From: Lama guanicoe
Taxonomy: Eukaryota
Length of the DNA: 64,000 nt
Direction: 5' to 3'
Assembly: GCA_013239625.1 (NCBI GenBank)
Contig: MU054220.1
Coordinates: 6,246,626-6,310,625, forward strand
Shown here: in pieces, positions 36,531-50,640 of the stretch
How positions within the stretch are numbered: position 1 is the stretch's first letter
How the letters are laid out: every line of letters starts with the position of its first letter
Notes under the pieces: model-generated
What the model was told of the DNA's origin: nothing
The model's database searches: none
The model's input: only the letters and a program-made list of their open reading frames with translations
Position numbers and translations under genes: made by a program

Positions 36531-39109
36531 GTTTTCTTCTATCCCATGTTTTGTTGTTCAGGCTGCAAGGCCAATGCTTCTTCGCATAAATCCCTGAATA
36601 TAGATAGTCGAGAGCAAGCGTTCTCTAAATGCAAATCAAATAATCTTGCTCCCATAACAAGACTCCGTCTTAGTGGAAAGATGTGGTCTCAGTGTCCCTG
36701 AGGGACCTCTGAAGGGGTGTCTCCCTGAACCAGTGAGTCTCTGATGGAGTGCATTATCAGTGTCACATTTTCGTGGCCTCTGGAAGCATGCACAGTTGGA
36801 GGTAGCTCTCCGTTAAACTTTGACTGTTACCAAAATCTTACTGGAATATCTGATGGCGTGTGGAGCAATTGTGGTGGTGTGAAAGTCCTGCAGTTACAGG
36901 ACAAGGAGCAAAGTAAAGAAATGAATGTCTCCTAGGCAACATTATATAAAAAATAAGTAGCACTGGGCTGTATTTTTGGAAGGCACTTTATGAGAAGTAT
37001 CTCTCAAAATGTTTATCTGCTCATTAGTTATGTAACTTTTTGCAGATTACTTTTGTGCCCACATTTCCTTATCTTGCCTATCACGGTTGTTATAAAAAGA
37101 CTAAGAAAAATAAAACTTATGAAGAACCTAGAACAGAGACTGGAATTTAGTCACTGCCCAGTAAAAGATGTCTCACAATGACAATAGTTACATTTATTCA
37201 TTTATAATGATAATAACTAGTACTAGCAGTACTGATTATGATAATAATTTAGCAATTTCAGTTTGCGCGAAACCTTCTTGTACTCCGTGGTGCCTGAGGT
37301 TGCACAAATTGTCACCTCACATGAATGAACAGAAAAGTGAATTTCTGTGTCTGTCTGGCCATCCAAATATGAAAGAGAGGAGGAAAATTGTCTTTCAGCA
37401 GTACTGATGTCAGTGGGGAACATGTTGATGGAAAAAGAGTGATTTGGTATAGAGCATTCAAGAAGACTAGAGAAACAAACAGGACCAAGTGAGAATTTCA
37501 TGAGCTGGGGAATTCCTCCTGGAGCCAGATCCTAAAATTCTGTGAGCTTGGGAATCCAGCTCAATGCTTGGCTGTAAACAGGAGAAAGGGTCACATTTTG
37601 GAAGCTTTCTTGATAAAAAGAAGAGGTAACAACCTTCCTTTGACTTTGTACTGACAAAGAGAAAAGGAAATTTCAACTCTACCTTTTCTCTCATCCCTGC
37701 AAAATTTCTCCAGCTTTTATATTTAATGTAGATATCTCAGTGATTTTTTTTTTCAGTTTCTGGTGTTTTAGCTGTTGCTTTTTGAATGTATATGAACAAA
37801 AATATCAGCATGTTAAATGTTTGATGGTAAACTATTCCACCAGGGGAGATTTAAGTCCTTTATGATGGCGCTGTTCATTTTCATGTTCATGTTATAGGTA
37901 ACATGTCACAGAAGCAAGGACCAAGTAAGCACGATGGTTCACGATATACTTCTTTTAAAAAGTATGATTTGAATGAAAACCTTTGACCATATATACCTGG
38001 CACCTAATGGATACTCAATATGGAACACATGTTTCAGTACAGAAAAGTTTTCTGTACAAATTGAGACAAATATTTGGATAGCAGAGTAAAAAATGTGTGA
38101 AGAGCAAGCATTGTGAACAATCGCTTTAATAAAGGCAAACTCTTTCCCGAAAACCAGCAAATGATGAACAACACAAACAATGGATGGATTTGCTAATTTC
38201 TTTTCCTGTCAGTATGTACAGTGACAATAAACACAATATGAATTCCCCCAGGATACAACTCCACTCACCCTCTTCGAAAGGAAAGCCATGTTTATATGTG
38301 ACTTTTGCTCCAGAACTTTCATCTGCCAAGAAACCTGGATGAGTACCCATTGAACATTTTATTAATCACCCTGTTCTGATTCCAGTGCCCAGAGTAAGAG
38401 CACACACGAGTGCAGGCTTACGTTTTTCTGTGTCTCCTGACTGCAGACGTTTTCATGAACTGCGGTCTCTTGCTCACACGTGGCTGAGTTCTTCCTGTGT
38501 TTACCTGGTCGCCGCCGCCTCCATTCTCCCTGTTCTCTTCCTTGACCTGCCTTGTCTTACTGCCCTGGTTCTCCTGGCTGCGTCTTTGCCACTGCCAGTT
38601 TGATTTTCATTTCTCCCTTCACTTACAGGCACTGGTGCACTCTTTCCAAGCTTTGACTAAGTGGAATTCCGTTCTCCCTAGCTGGTATACGTTTTTCTCC
38701 TAAGAGTCATTTGACTTGGGGGAAAATACACAGACGCACACACCTACAGACACAGGTACATATGTACCGGAAATGTATACATACATAGTATATACACATG
38801 TGTATATAAATGTCTATTCCTGAATCTAAAAACTGTGTTGTGAATCTAGAACAAGATCTCGTTTGCATCAGTAAGTCAGAGTTCTCAGTGAATGCTTTCG
38901 TGAGTAACCTGTCCTTTGCTGCTGTGGTGCCATTTATTCAATCTGTGGTCAATGAACACCTACTAAGTTTATATTATATTCCAGTTACAGTGTGGAAGAC
39001 GGAGTTGTACCCAATGTGATTTTTTTCCCTTCAAACCAGGAGTCTGGTGGGTAAGAATTGAGATAGGGGCTGGGCCCTGTGAGAGGCCTTGAAAAAAATC
39101 ACAAAATTA

Positions 39110-39330
39110 ACACAATAGTGATCATGAACTTAATACTACAGTATTCTAGGTGATATGCTAGGACTTCACAGTTGTGGAAGGGGAGTACCATTACTTTCAA
39201 AATACAGATGACGAAATCGAGCCTCAGACAATCTGTGATTTGTCCAGGGAAGTGAGTCATTACCTGCAGGGCGTGTTGTCTGTCCAGGCACATCTGGCTA
39301 CAGAGCCTGGGTACCTCGATGGCTCCCGTT
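39110..39330 (-). mobile_element. MIR fragment
   Basis: ACAGATGACGAAATCGAGCCTCAGA...TGATTTGTCCAGGG. Confidence 0.65.
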
Positions 39331-40899
39331 CTGGACTCAGTCCTGCCAAACACTTAAAGCCATACGCTGTGTTTTCTGTTGTTCCTTATTTTAATTTGTT
39401 CTGTGTCTTTTGGGTGAAAATTGTTTTTTTGTGTTTTGTTTTGTTTTGCTGTAGCATTTTTTACCTTAAGTAATTTTCCTGGACTCCTTTCTTTTGCTAT
39501 CAGCAATCACCGTTACGAGAGCTTGAAAGCAAAGGCACAAAGACTCATCCCTCTAGTGTCCTCGCTTTCTCTTCCTCATCACAATCTGAATATGTCCCTT
39601 TTCTGTTTTCTGGAAGGGGAGCAAGTGCTTTATGCAGATGGTCGGTTGGGCAGACAGATGGTCCAAACCTCTCTAATGGTATATTCTAGAGGGAAGCCTG
39701 TCTGTGAACTGCCCGCTCAGAATGGAAAGACACTTAACACGACCACAAAGAGTTCCTAGAAAGGCTGCTCTGTGCCCTTCTGGTCTTCAGCCCACTTCTT
39801 TCATTTGGAGTTCTTGGAGATTTGAGAGACACATTTTCTGCCATAAGTAGGTGGCAGTTTCTCTTTCTCTCAAGCCAGAGGGCTGATAGTTCCCCAACAA
39901 TAAATTCAGAAATTTGCCAGGTACTTTGATTAGAGGTCATTTTTTTCTTGACTCAGGGACTGGATCCAAGATGAGAATCCAGGAGAAGCAAAATGGAGAC
40001 TATTTGAAGATGGTCTGCTCTAATTCTGACCACATCATCTACTTAAAGAAGCAACAGAGGTTTCTGCCCATCAAGAGGAAGCCACTCAATCCAGTTGATT
40101 CTATAGTCGTTACTGTCCATCTCTGGAGGGGACAGTCCAGTCACCGGCCAGGCTGCTCTTTTAAAAATGCCTTGACTCTGTTCCCTGATGAGAACAGAGC
40201 TATGAGATTCAGAAACAGAAAAGGGGCCAATTTCCTCTTCCCATCAGGGCCTGAGGACGGTTCTAGAAAAACCTACCCTCCTCAGTATCTATTTTACTCA
40301 CTTGTACCACCTTGCAGAGTGGTAGGTGACGTTAGGGTCCAGAATATAAGGAGATCTTTCCTGTTTCTGTCATCTTTACCCCCTTGCCTTCCTACCAAGT
40401 AGAGGACACAGGAGATGCCAAAAAGTCAGTGTCAGGCAACAGCTCCGTCTCTGACATTTACTCAGACTGTCTTTGCATGTGCTAGCTTGCAAGGACTTCT
40501 GATTTCCTGTTTCCTTCTCTCTGGCTTTTTATACCTTTAGCGCCATCCTCTACTCCAAGTTTTCCATCGAGCTCAGGCCACCTTCTTCTTTGGTGACACC
40601 TTCGATTGCTTTCAAGCCTGCACCCTTTGTTCTAATCTCAGGTCTGCACAATTACACAGATTTAAGTCACTGAGGGATTCAGATTAGAGGCATTGCCTCT
40701 GCGAGCTCCTGCCCTTGTAGGACTGAGTTGTGATACTGAGCTCTTCAGCCGTCTTGCCAGGAGTGAGGGGCAGGAACTGCCTTTCATAATAACCCCAAGT
40801 CTTCCCAACCAGCAACCCTACTTGATATATTTGTCTCATTTCTCTGTCATTTGATGAAAACATCTTTAAACACAGGGTTCCTGTCTGCAAAATTTGGAT

Positions 40900-41090
40900 C
40901 ATGATAACAGCTAGCGTTTATTTAGCATTAATTATATGTTTAGAACTTTATATTCATTATCAAAAATGTGATCACCTGAAAAAAAAGATGAGGTAGCTAT
41001 CATACTAACGTTAAAGGTGAGGATATTTAACCTCAGAGAGGTTAAGTAAATGGCCAGGACCCCAGAGCAGAGGCCTGGCTGCACCAGGTA
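40900..41090 (-). mobile_element. MIR fragment
   Basis: CTCAGAGAGGTTAAGTAAATGGCCAGGACCCAGAGC. Confidence 0.65.
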
Positions 41091-42324
41091 CCTATGCTGG
41101 GAAATATTATGGGATTCTGCCTTCTAAGTTATTTAAGAAACATGTACTTTCCCTCCCAGGGGAATACCTGGGATTGTGTTTGGTTGTGTAAGGAAAAGCT
41201 CTGTAAACTTTAAAGCTCTATGCAAATGTTAATTGTTGCTATGTTCTATCCTAAGATTATTTATGGATGACACTGCATATATTTATGCAGCTCAGTATAA
41301 CAAATGGCTGATTAAGGGGCAATCATTTCTCAATTTTAAAGCAGAAATTTTGTGGATGCTTATGAAATAGAGCTCTGAAAACAGATGTGTGTGGCAGCCT
41401 GGTTGGTGTGTCTGTTGAAATACAGTAGAACCTGACTAAATTACACTAACGAGTCGGAGGCCCATTACAAATTACCACCTCTGCCCAGTTAGTGCAGGAG
41501 TAACACAGAGATGACTAAGGAAGCAAACTGATACAAAGGGAAGATAAAACTTCAGGTAAACTTCACCACACACACGCACGCACAACCACACTTCCCTCTA
41601 CTGTAGGTAAAGTTGCTGCCATTAGCATGAAATATACACATATCTGTGCAATATGGATCTGTGTGTACATAGGAATTGCCCAGTTTCTGTCTCTCTCTCT
41701 CTCTCTCTGAGTCTCAGTTTCTCTCTTAGAGGAGAAAGTAATCAGTGGCAGTTCACTGTTTTATGGTTCCAGGTAAACTGCTTTATGTTGTTACTGCATC
41801 AGAATGTTATGTTGCAGTTGGAACATTATGATACAGTAGATTGTAGTGCTACATTTAGTTAAATTTTATTACACACTTTGAGGGATGTCCTACCATCCTG
41901 AGTACTTCAGTAGGTATTGTCACTTTGGAATCTTGTCAGTTACAGTACTTTTATCTATGAAGTTTTTCCTAGAAGTCTGTCTTTATCTCTTCTCAGGGAG
42001 CAGGGCCCTTGCTTCCTATATTCTCTCAAAAAACTTACTTTGGGGACAAAAATAAAAGGCAAGTTATTTACCAACTTCCTTGTAATTCTAAAAACCTCAC
42101 CCTTTTAGAGCTCAAAGAACAAAACACAAATTAAATAATTAAGTATATTATTTTTCACAGGGTTTTAACAGTTTCAATGTAAGACTTAGGGGAATTTATA
42201 ATTAGAAACCAGGCAATGACTAGTTATATATTTCATTTATTTGTACCAGTTACTGACAGCAACAGAGATAAACTTAGATCTTGTTTAATTTTTAGTATAA
42301 ACACATGTAAGTCATATGACTGTT

Positions 42325-42430
42325 ATGTTTAATTTACAGATGAAGAAACTGAGGCTTAGCTCAAGTGTCTTGCAAATGCTAATACAGCTAATGATTGTCA
42401 GAGCTGGGATTTGAGAAAACGCATACCCTG
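42325..42430 (-). mobile_element. MIR core
   Basis: TTTACAGATGAAGAAACTGAGGCTTAG...AGAGCTGGGATTTGA. Confidence 0.75.
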
Positions 42431-42779
42431 TTTCAGTGGAACTTACAGTTTACCAAACATACAGTCACATTCAGAGCAAGTTTATGCTAAAATTATGGCT
42501 TTGAAGCCCAGATCAGCTTAATTAACATGACAGCCTACTCTAATCACCTTTTTTTCTCTCTGCTTCTAAACCCTTTGCTGGGCCCTGATCAGATTCTCAC
42601 TGCGTTGCCATTTTTCTTTAGTTTTAGTTCTGTGGCTTCGGAATTCCTTTGCACTTTACTCTGTGCCTAATGACTTGACTTGTTACATTTAAAATTGGCA
42701 GTCTTTGTGCTTACAGTCTAGCAAAAATGTGCTCGTTGCCTCTTTGGTAAGGACACAGGCCACACTTGTCCTCAGTTTT

Positions 42780-43318
42780 CTGTGCCAAAGAGAAAAATCC
42801 AGCCACAAATTCCATGTATCCTGGTATGTGCATGCTTTTGTCAGGTGACTCCCAGCAAGAAGCAGGGTCTATCTTCTCACTTTTCGAGTCTGGATGGCCT
42901 TGTGTCTTGCTTTGCTCGAATGTGGGAGAAATGCCATTGTGTAAGTAAACTATAAGGACAGGCTATAGAAAGCCTATAGCTTCATTTTCTTCCCTTGGGG
43001 AGCTGCCCTGAGACTGCTGTGAGAGACAGCACATCTAGCCTAGTGGAGGTCACACAGAGGAAAACTGACCTGCCCCCTCCCTCCTTTCTCCTCCTGTCAC
43101 GTCACCGAAAGCCAGCTCCAGCTGCTGGACACGTGGATCAGTCCACACTGGGCCTCCCAGCTCAGTCTGTTCTCTAGCTAAATGTAGCTGCGTGAGTGAG
43201 TTAAGGTGGAAGGAGTAAAGGAACTGCCCATCCAATACAGAGAACAGTTAGATACAAGAAATCTTTAAGTCTCTATGTCTTGGGATGATTTACTACACAG
43301 CCACAGTTAACTGGAACA
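42780..43318. mobile_element. MaLR LTR (MLT1E/F-like)
   Basis: GAGTCTGGATGGCCTTGTGTCTTGCTTTG and 3' end TACTACACAGCCACAGTTAACTGGAACA. Confidence 0.7.
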
Positions 43319-43534
43319 CGGAATAGGCTCGCCTATTGTACAAGTGTCTTTCAGTCCCTGAGATTTCAGTTGGGTGTAGGCGTGGGTTTGTGAGTTTCTC
43401 AAGTTGTTTTTCTGTGTTTTCTTGAGAAAGAATAACCTGGTACAGTGAAGATAGAGTGCTTATATAAACATTCAAGACGTTACGAATCAGCTGCTTGGCA
43501 TTCCTTCAGCTTCATTTTTAATGTTGTTTTTGAG

Positions 43535-43660
43535 TCATTATTTATGTATTCAACAAATAAATACTTAGAACCTACTACGTGGCAGACACTGAACTCAGTA
43601 TAAGTAATGTCATCTTCATTCTGAGAAGCTTCAACATAGAAAGGAAATGAATTTCCCTGA
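43535..43660 (-). mobile_element. L2 3' end
   Basis: ATTCAACAAATAAATACTTAGAACCTACTACGTGGCAGACACTG. Confidence 0.7.
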
Positions 43661-43682
43661 AACATCTAGGGTGTTAAGTTTT

Positions 43683-43755
43683 ACACACACACTTTCTCTC
43701 TCACCTTCTCTCTCTCCAACACTCACTCTGTCTCACACACCACACACACACACAG
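43683..43755. repeat. (CA)/(CT) low-complexity microsatellite
   Basis: Seen directly in the sequence. Confidence 0.85.
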
Positions 43756-43869
43756 GTACTCATTCATACTCCCATTTGTGGATTTCTTCTTCCTGTTATT
43801 GGAAGGAATAAAAGTTACCCTCTTTGGACCATATTATGAAATAATAATTTGTTTGCATGTTTTATTTAT

Positions 43870-44010
43870 ATATGTTCAAATTTAATTTTCCTTAAGCCTT
43901 TGAGAAAGGCATTATTTTTCCATTTTACAGATGGGAATACTGAGGGTTAAGAGACTAAGAATTGGGTTCAATGTCATGCACTAGATGGAGAACTCAGAAT
44001 TGACACGTGG
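43870..44010 (-). mobile_element. MIR core
   Basis: CCATTTTACAGATGGGAATACTGAGG. Confidence 0.7.
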
Positions 44011-45264
44011 GTTGTCTTTCTTCCCCTCCTGGGACCTTCCCCCTGCACTGGACATCCTAGCTCGAAGCAGGACTAGGAGGCCAGCCCCGCTGCCTTGATT
44101 TCATCTTTCATGGCCTTTTGTTTTTCTTTTCTATTTTTTCCCTTTGTCCCTCTGTCACTCCCTTTTAACCTTAGCCCTTCCCTTAACTGACTGATAGTTG
44201 AAATTCTTCTTTACTCTACTGAGCCTTTTTTTCTAGAATAGAAAGAACATTTTTCTCTAGATATTGAAAACCACTTGTCTCCTGAGAGGCAAGCTTGCCT
44301 CAGACTGACCCTTGTGTGGTGGCGTGGGTCTTGATTTGCTTTTATGGTCCAATTTATTCAGAATTAAAGTGTCAGGAGAGTAAAGTCTGGGGAGAATAAA
44401 TTTTCTCGTTAACGCCTCATGAGTTATTTCTTGGGAGATAGGCAGTGTTTCCTTTGTTCAGCATCTTCTTGGAACTTGTGAAAAAGAAGATAAGATGAAC
44501 TGAAGGTTACATGTTAAATCTTACTTTCTACTAATCCTGAGGTGTAGCTTACTGGTAGGTCTAAGGGATAAGGGATGGAAGTTAAGTCAGACTCCTTGCC
44601 TCATACCTACAACATGTCCCAATTTAATTTTCTTCCTTGTATTACTAGATGATTTTTTCTCCTCCAGAATCTCATTACCTTGTTTGATTTTTTACTCAGG
44701 CTTATATAACCAATGTCTTTTTCCATAGACCATTTGGTAAATGCAGCCCGACTGGTAAACACTCACTGATACCTGTAACCCAGAAGATAACAGGGCTTAT
44801 CTTCAACTTTACAGCAGTCCTGGTTCGATGGCTAATCTACTGGATGATGGAGGGACCACTTTATAAAGGCTTTTCGCATTTCGCTCCTCTTTTACTTTCT
44901 TCAAAGCCACCGCGCTCTATAGTTCTTGGCTTGCCTTTGAAAATAAATATTCTATAGCATTAGAGTTTACCAAATTCTCTCTTGTCTATAAAATTTGCTT
45001 CTGCTCTGCTCATAATAGACTCTGCTCTGAGATTTCCTTCAGCTCTTCTGTGCTGTTTTTCCCATTGTAGTTGCAGTTGCACATGATATATACTCAGCGA
45101 ACCAAGAAAATTGTAATATAAAATACAGACCCACTTTTTAAATTTTTTTTCTTTCCGCTAATTGGTTTCTTCTAGTCCTTTGTTAATTTTTTTTTGAATC
45201 GGTCATCCAAGTCAGGGTTGATATTGTGAGGTTTCCTTAGCACCTCTGTTGAAGCAAAAAAAGT

Positions 45265-45470
45265 AATATGTTGAACTAAAAAGAGCCCTTGACTTGAAGT
45301 CAGAAATGAAGTTCCTCCGTTTCATAGCTCTACAACCTCGGGCAAGCTGTTTGCACTTTCTGAAATCAGCTTCATTCCTTTGTTGAATGGGGATCATACC
45401 TGCCTCAAAAGCATTTTCTTCAGTGCAGAAGATTCTGCATCTACGAAGCAGTAAAATTGTGAGCATTTTG
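45265..45470 (+). mobile_element. MIR
   Basis: GACTTGAAGTCAGAAA...CCTCGGGCAAG...CAGCTTCATTCCTTTGTTGAATGGGGAT. Confidence 0.7.
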
Positions 45471-45599
45471 AAGATAGAGTGACTCAGATTATCCAGTACA
45501 GGAACCTGATGGCTCATTTCATAGCAAGAAAGGGGCACCAAAGAGAGAGAACAATGTCCAAGAGTGTATTGAATTAAAATCCTCACTTCAAAAATGTTC

Positions 45600-46075
45600 T
45601 TATTTTTATGAAATTAGCCAATTTTTGATGATAATACTCAGTGTAGAAAATAATGTGAACAAATGGATAACAGTTGGTAGCCGTGTCTATTGCTACAGTA
45701 GCACTTTTAGAAAGCGACTTGACTTTATGTATTCTAGGTCATAGAATTGTTCATTTGCCTTGGTCCCTTTCTGGAAATCTATCCTAAGGAAATATGAAAA
45801 ATGTGGTATGCACCAATAATGCTAATAAATTATGTAACATAAAAAAAGTCATCAACCGACATGCCAAACAAGAAGATATGGGTAAACTAATTATGCATAG
45901 ATATAAGGCAGCTATTAAAATTTACAACCGGGAAGACTTTGTTTAATAACAACTATATAAAGGCTATGCATATATATGTAAATTTGGAAGACTGAATAGC
46001 AGTGCACCGAGATACTCATAGTGGTTGCATTATGAGAGCTTTTTTTTTTTTTCCTAAGTGGTTTTATTTCTGAAA
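45600..46075 (+). mobile_element. Ancient L1 (L1ME-like) 3' fragment
   Basis: CTGGAAATCTATCCTAAGGAAAT, GCAGCTATTAAAA. Confidence 0.55.
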
Positions 46076-46089
46076 GCAGAAGATGTTTG

Positions 46090-46520
46090 GACCAGCTAAT
46101 ATAACTCTTGGTTGCAAATAACCATAATCTGACTCCAGAAGCCTAAATTAATTGGACTTCAAATTTCCCACTTAACAAGAAGTCCAGAAATGGTAGGCCA
46201 TGGTTCCATGACTTAATATTATTATCAGGGCCAGGGAGTCTGTCGGCGTTTAGCATTTGGCTGCCAGATGACCGCTGAAGTCCTCATCCCCTAATCTACA
46301 TTCAAGGCGGAAAGAATGGAGAAGGGGTGAGATGCGTGTCAGCTACATCCGTGTCTTTTTTAGCTGGAAGGAAAAGAAGACCCCCAGGCTAAGTCTCTGA
46401 GGATGAAGTGCAGATGGCCATCCCTACCTGGAATGCTGGTTGGGGAGAGCTCATGAGAGGGGAAAAAGACAAGGACGGTTGAAAATAACTCTGGGGTGGC
46501 CGATAAACCGTGTCTCCCAC
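46090..46520. mobile_element. Old MaLR LTR (MLT1J/L-like)
   Basis: CTCTTGGTTGCAAATAAC...ACTTAACAAGAAGTCCAGA...CCAGATGACCGCTG. Confidence 0.55.
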
Positions 46521-47453
46521 AGAGGTCAGCTATGGCTCAGGGGGCCAGATGGTCCCGGTATGGAGATGCCTCATCTCCAGAGGAGGTCTCGGTTCTCTGT
46601 TCTTGTTTCTGTCTCAGACACCTTGCCTTCCAGTGATCACTGCTTTTCTTCTTCTACCTTACCTCTGCCTTCCACCTGTCTGTAAGACCAGCACAAAGAA
46701 GACGTAAGAGCTGAAAGGGAAGTGAATTTGAGCATCCATTCCTTATCCAGGATGCTTGATTCTGCTCAGAACACTCAGATTCCCTGAGAACATTTAGCAG
46801 TAAATACAGCTAACATGAGTCTCAATTCCCATGCAGCTCCAATGTTGAGTTTCTCTAGTCATGCATATCAAGTAGTTTTGAAAACAGGAGAGTGAGAGAG
46901 CAGCTCCTTTTTCATCTTTGCCCCTGAGAAGACTGGCTGTTTATGACTCATTTAGAATTTCAGCATTATCATAACCGATGAGTTAACGAGCACCCCCCCC
47001 CCATTAGGTAGCATCTTTGGTCTAGAGATAAATTCTCTTAGACTGCATCTTTTTATGTGTGGGGTGTTGCTCTCCTGGTAGCTGTCATTTGATTTCTGAT
47101 GGAAATTTTACATGGTTCTCTTAATAATGAGAAAAGAAACAATAAAAATGGGGAGGAGACCATAAGTTAAACCTCTAAAATCTATCAGGAATCAGCTTCC
47201 TTCTCAATCATCACTGGCCCCAGGTTGGCGTACATTATTGTTGGCTTATGCCATATTTCTTCCCCCTTTCACTCGTATTTCCTTTAATCCATTCTCTATA
47301 GAGTGAACAGAAAGATTTTTAAAAAAGGATCAATTACTTGCTTCAAAGAAAAAAAATTAAAACACTTATCAATTACTTGAATTCATTTCTTTGGATTTAG
47401 GATGAAATCAGGGTCCTTACCTATGGTCCTTAAATGTTCATTGAACTTACGGA

Positions 47454-47770
47454 AGGTCGTCCCTCACTATCCTTGGAGGATTGTTCCCAGGACACTCCCT
47501 TCCCTACCAAAATCCTTGGATGCTTGAGCCCCCTGTATAAAATGGCAAAGTATTTGCCTGTGACTTATGTACATCCTCCCATATACTTTAAATCTTTGCC
47601 AGATGACTTATAACGTGTAATACAATGTAAATGCTATATAAATAGTTGCCAGTACAGGGCAAATTCAAGTTTTGCTTTTTAAAACTTTCTGGAATTTAAA
47701 AAAAAATATTTTCAATCCATGGTTGGTTGAATTGGCAGATGCAGAACCTGTGGGTATGGAGGGACAACTG
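47454..47770. mobile_element. MER2-like Tigger MITE
   Basis: GTCGTCCCTCACTATCC...ATAAAATGGCAAAGTATTTGC...GGAGGGACAACTG followed by TA. Confidence 0.9.
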
Positions 47771-47774
47771 TATA

Positions 47775-47978
47775 CAGTTAACCCTCAAACAACATGAGGG
47801 TTAGTGGCACCGACCCTTGAAGAGTTGAAAATTCATGTATGACTTGACAGATGTCCCTCTGTATCTACAGATTCAACCAACCATGGATTGTGTAGTATGA
47901 TAGTACGTATTTAGTGGAAAAAATTCACATATGTGGTGGATCCACTCAGTTCAAACCTTGCTGTTCGAAGGTCAACTG
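47775..47978. mobile_element. Tigger2-derived MITE
   Basis: TA-CAGTTAACCCTCAAACAACA...TGCTGTTCGAAGGTCAACTG-TA: terminal inverted repeats with TA flanks. Confidence 0.85.
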
Positions 47979-48119
47979 TATGTTACATAAATGAGTGATG
48001 AAATAATGAGGAAAAAATAGGTCTGGAAGGCTAGAAAGATTTTGTAGAAGGTTGGTGCTAAGGTTGGCAAAGTTGAGTCAGAGGCCAAAATTTAAACTGC
48101 CTGAAGTGTTATGTTAATT

Positions 48120-48560
48120 GCTTTGAAATGTCCTAATTTTTCTCCACATCATCTCCTGCCAGCCTCTCCTCCCTCGAAGAGCTCTAGCTGTGTTGGTATT
48201 TGGAGACTCCCTCCAGGCATTTACCTTGAGCCTCTCCTCGTTGTTCCTCTGTTGTCAGTGTTAGCTCTCAATTTATCACCTTCTCAGAGAAGCCCTCCCC
48301 ACCTAGTTAACCGAACCAGCATTCCCAGGGCGGTCCAGCTGCCATCTCTGTGTGATCTTCTATCTCAGCTCTTTGTTGGGTTGTGTTTGAGAAATTGTAT
48401 TATTTTATTTATCCATCAGTTGTCCTAACTGCGTCTGTCTGTACCATGAGAATGCAAGATCTATACGATCAGGAATCTTCTTCACCTACTGTCTAATCAG
48501 TGCTGAAGTATAAGAGATTTGCTATGAGTATCCATTTAATTACTTAATAAATGAATTATG
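48120..48560 (+). mobile_element. L2 fragment (probably continues 47200-47440)
   Basis: GAATGCAAGATCTAT...CTTCACCTACTGT...AATAAATGAAT tail. Confidence 0.6.
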
Positions 48561-49000
48561 TTGATATGAAGGCCAAACAATAAAATAAATCTAAGCAGCA
48601 GGTACAGTGCCTGCTAATACTGTTTGCTTGAGGATGGTTGATCTTTCTTTCTTTCTTCATCCAGTTCCCCTACTTTGTCTCACAGGGCTGTGGGCTCCCC
48701 TAAGGCAGGTATCATATTATAATTGTCTCTCGGTCCCAGGTCCTCCATACTCTGTGGCACAATGAAGTCAGAGGATTTTGTTTAAAAAAAAGAAAGAAGA
48801 AGAAATGATGAAATGAGTGAAGAGACTAACAAATAGACACTGGATTGGGGTGAAAGGTGTTCTAGGTGAGTAAGGGTTAGGACCGTCAACAATGCACTAG
48901 AAGTGAGCTTACAAAAAAGCATGTAGGATCTGTGAAGATATGAATTGTATCTATCTTTTTTCCCCCATGAGCCCCTGGTGTGGAGGACAATTCCTGGAAC

Positions 49001-49001
<1 letters not shown>

Positions 49002-49038
<37 letters not shown>
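49002..49038. repeat. (TG)n microsatellite
   Basis: Seen directly in the sequence. Confidence 0.97.
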
Positions 49039-49042
<4 letters not shown>

Positions 49043-50534
49043 GAGAGACAGACAGATAGACAGAATGTGTGGTTGGAAAGAAAGACAACAAAAGTTTGAG
49101 GATTATATTGGAAGAGGTAAATGTTTATTTTAAAAGGCCTAGACTGGATAACTAATTAGTTTGAGACTTATCTTGTCAGCAGTGGGTGACCTTTGAACAC
49201 TTTTATTACACTGGCAGAAATAAGTTATCTCAGGATGCTGGAACAGGATGGGGGGTGAGAGTTTGTGTCAAATCTCATAAAATCCAAGCTCTAATGATGC
49301 CCATTTCTGGAAGCTTGTCTAGTGCTTACAAGTTGTCCTATTATGTTGCATTCAGGAATAGTGTCTTCTGTTGAAAGATTGAAAAGGGCTGAGTATTTTA
49401 GGTCAGTATGGCAAGACTAACCTAAGGCGTTTGCAGGTGGCAGTGTGCCTTTCGTTTAGTCATATATCAGATTTTGAGATTTATCAGATTTATTGGATTA
49501 TAAAACTAAAATCCATTATAGGAAAACTGGCCAAGTGTCTCTCCTCTTCTTAAATGCCAGCTATGGAAACTTCATTTCAGAAGGTTAAGAGTACTTGTTT
49601 TTAGGGACTCTTGAAGGATAAGCAGTTATCCATTCAGCTCATGGGAAGAATTGGTGTAAATCATTTGGAGATGTTGTGGTCTGCCAGGAGAGATGATTTG
49701 GAGAAGTGGAGTTTAGAACCTGAATGTAACTGGCTTTGCTTTTGGAAGTAGAGGTTAGTGTTGTAAGATAGGCTCTCCGTGATGATTACGACCACTTACA
49801 AGATTTCTGCACAACATCAGGCAGTGGAAGCAGCTGAATCATTTCTGTAAAAGGCTCTCTGCTTTTTCTGGTCAATTGCATAGCCTTTACTGCCACTGTG
49901 GGGACTTGGACAAATAAGGACTTGTTGGTTCAAGCAGCATGTCCATAGGTGGGTCTACCTCTCCATTTATGAGATCTGACAGCATCATATTGAGATTAGT
50001 TGCATAAGAAACCAAAAAGTAGTGAGAATGCATGAATTAGTCTGGCTTAAGAAAGTGGTGCCACTTAGCTGTTCCAACCTTGCCTTCAGGGGCAATCGCC
50101 AGGGTCTGGTAAGAAGTCAGGGATTCTCAAGCCCTCAAACTAAGTTCTGGATCTCTGTCTTCTACGGCATTAGTTTTCTTCCTTGGTCTTAGTCTTTTCG
50201 TAAATTCCAGTTTTGTCCCGAATGCCTATCAGAACAACAGGAAAATCAGGGAGGCTAAATTAATTATAACAAATATTGGAATCTATAACATGCTTCCGTT
50301 GTTCTTGGCTTCTTTTAATGGGGATATGTCCACCTCGGAGAGTTGCCATGAAATCTATCTACTATATTTTCCAAAAGCATTATGTAGTCAGAGAAGAAGC
50401 TGTTCCCACGTCTTTTATTTTGGAGAAACATTCCATGCTATTTTTCTTTTATAAATATATATATATATATAAAAATAATATTTGAAGAAGTGACGAAGGC
50501 TCATATTAAACAACCAGGTTTAATTTTATTTAAT

Positions 50535-50640
50535 TCAGTGTTGTTCAAACCTATTTGACTATGAAACACTGTTTTTATGAAACATCTGTTAACATTTAGC
50601 AAATTACTAGTGCTCTGTGAACCCATCTGGGAAATGATGA
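50535..50640. mobile_element. Short hAT-Charlie-type MITE
   Basis: CAGTGTTGTTCAAAC...TCTGGGAAATG termini. Confidence 0.5.

Noticed and set aside
37836..37850. CCACCAGGGGAG CTCF-like motif
   Set aside because: It mismatches the critical GGC positions.
39914..40402. 162-aa ORF
   Set aside because: Non-ATG start, no recognisable homology and no convincing flanking splice sites.
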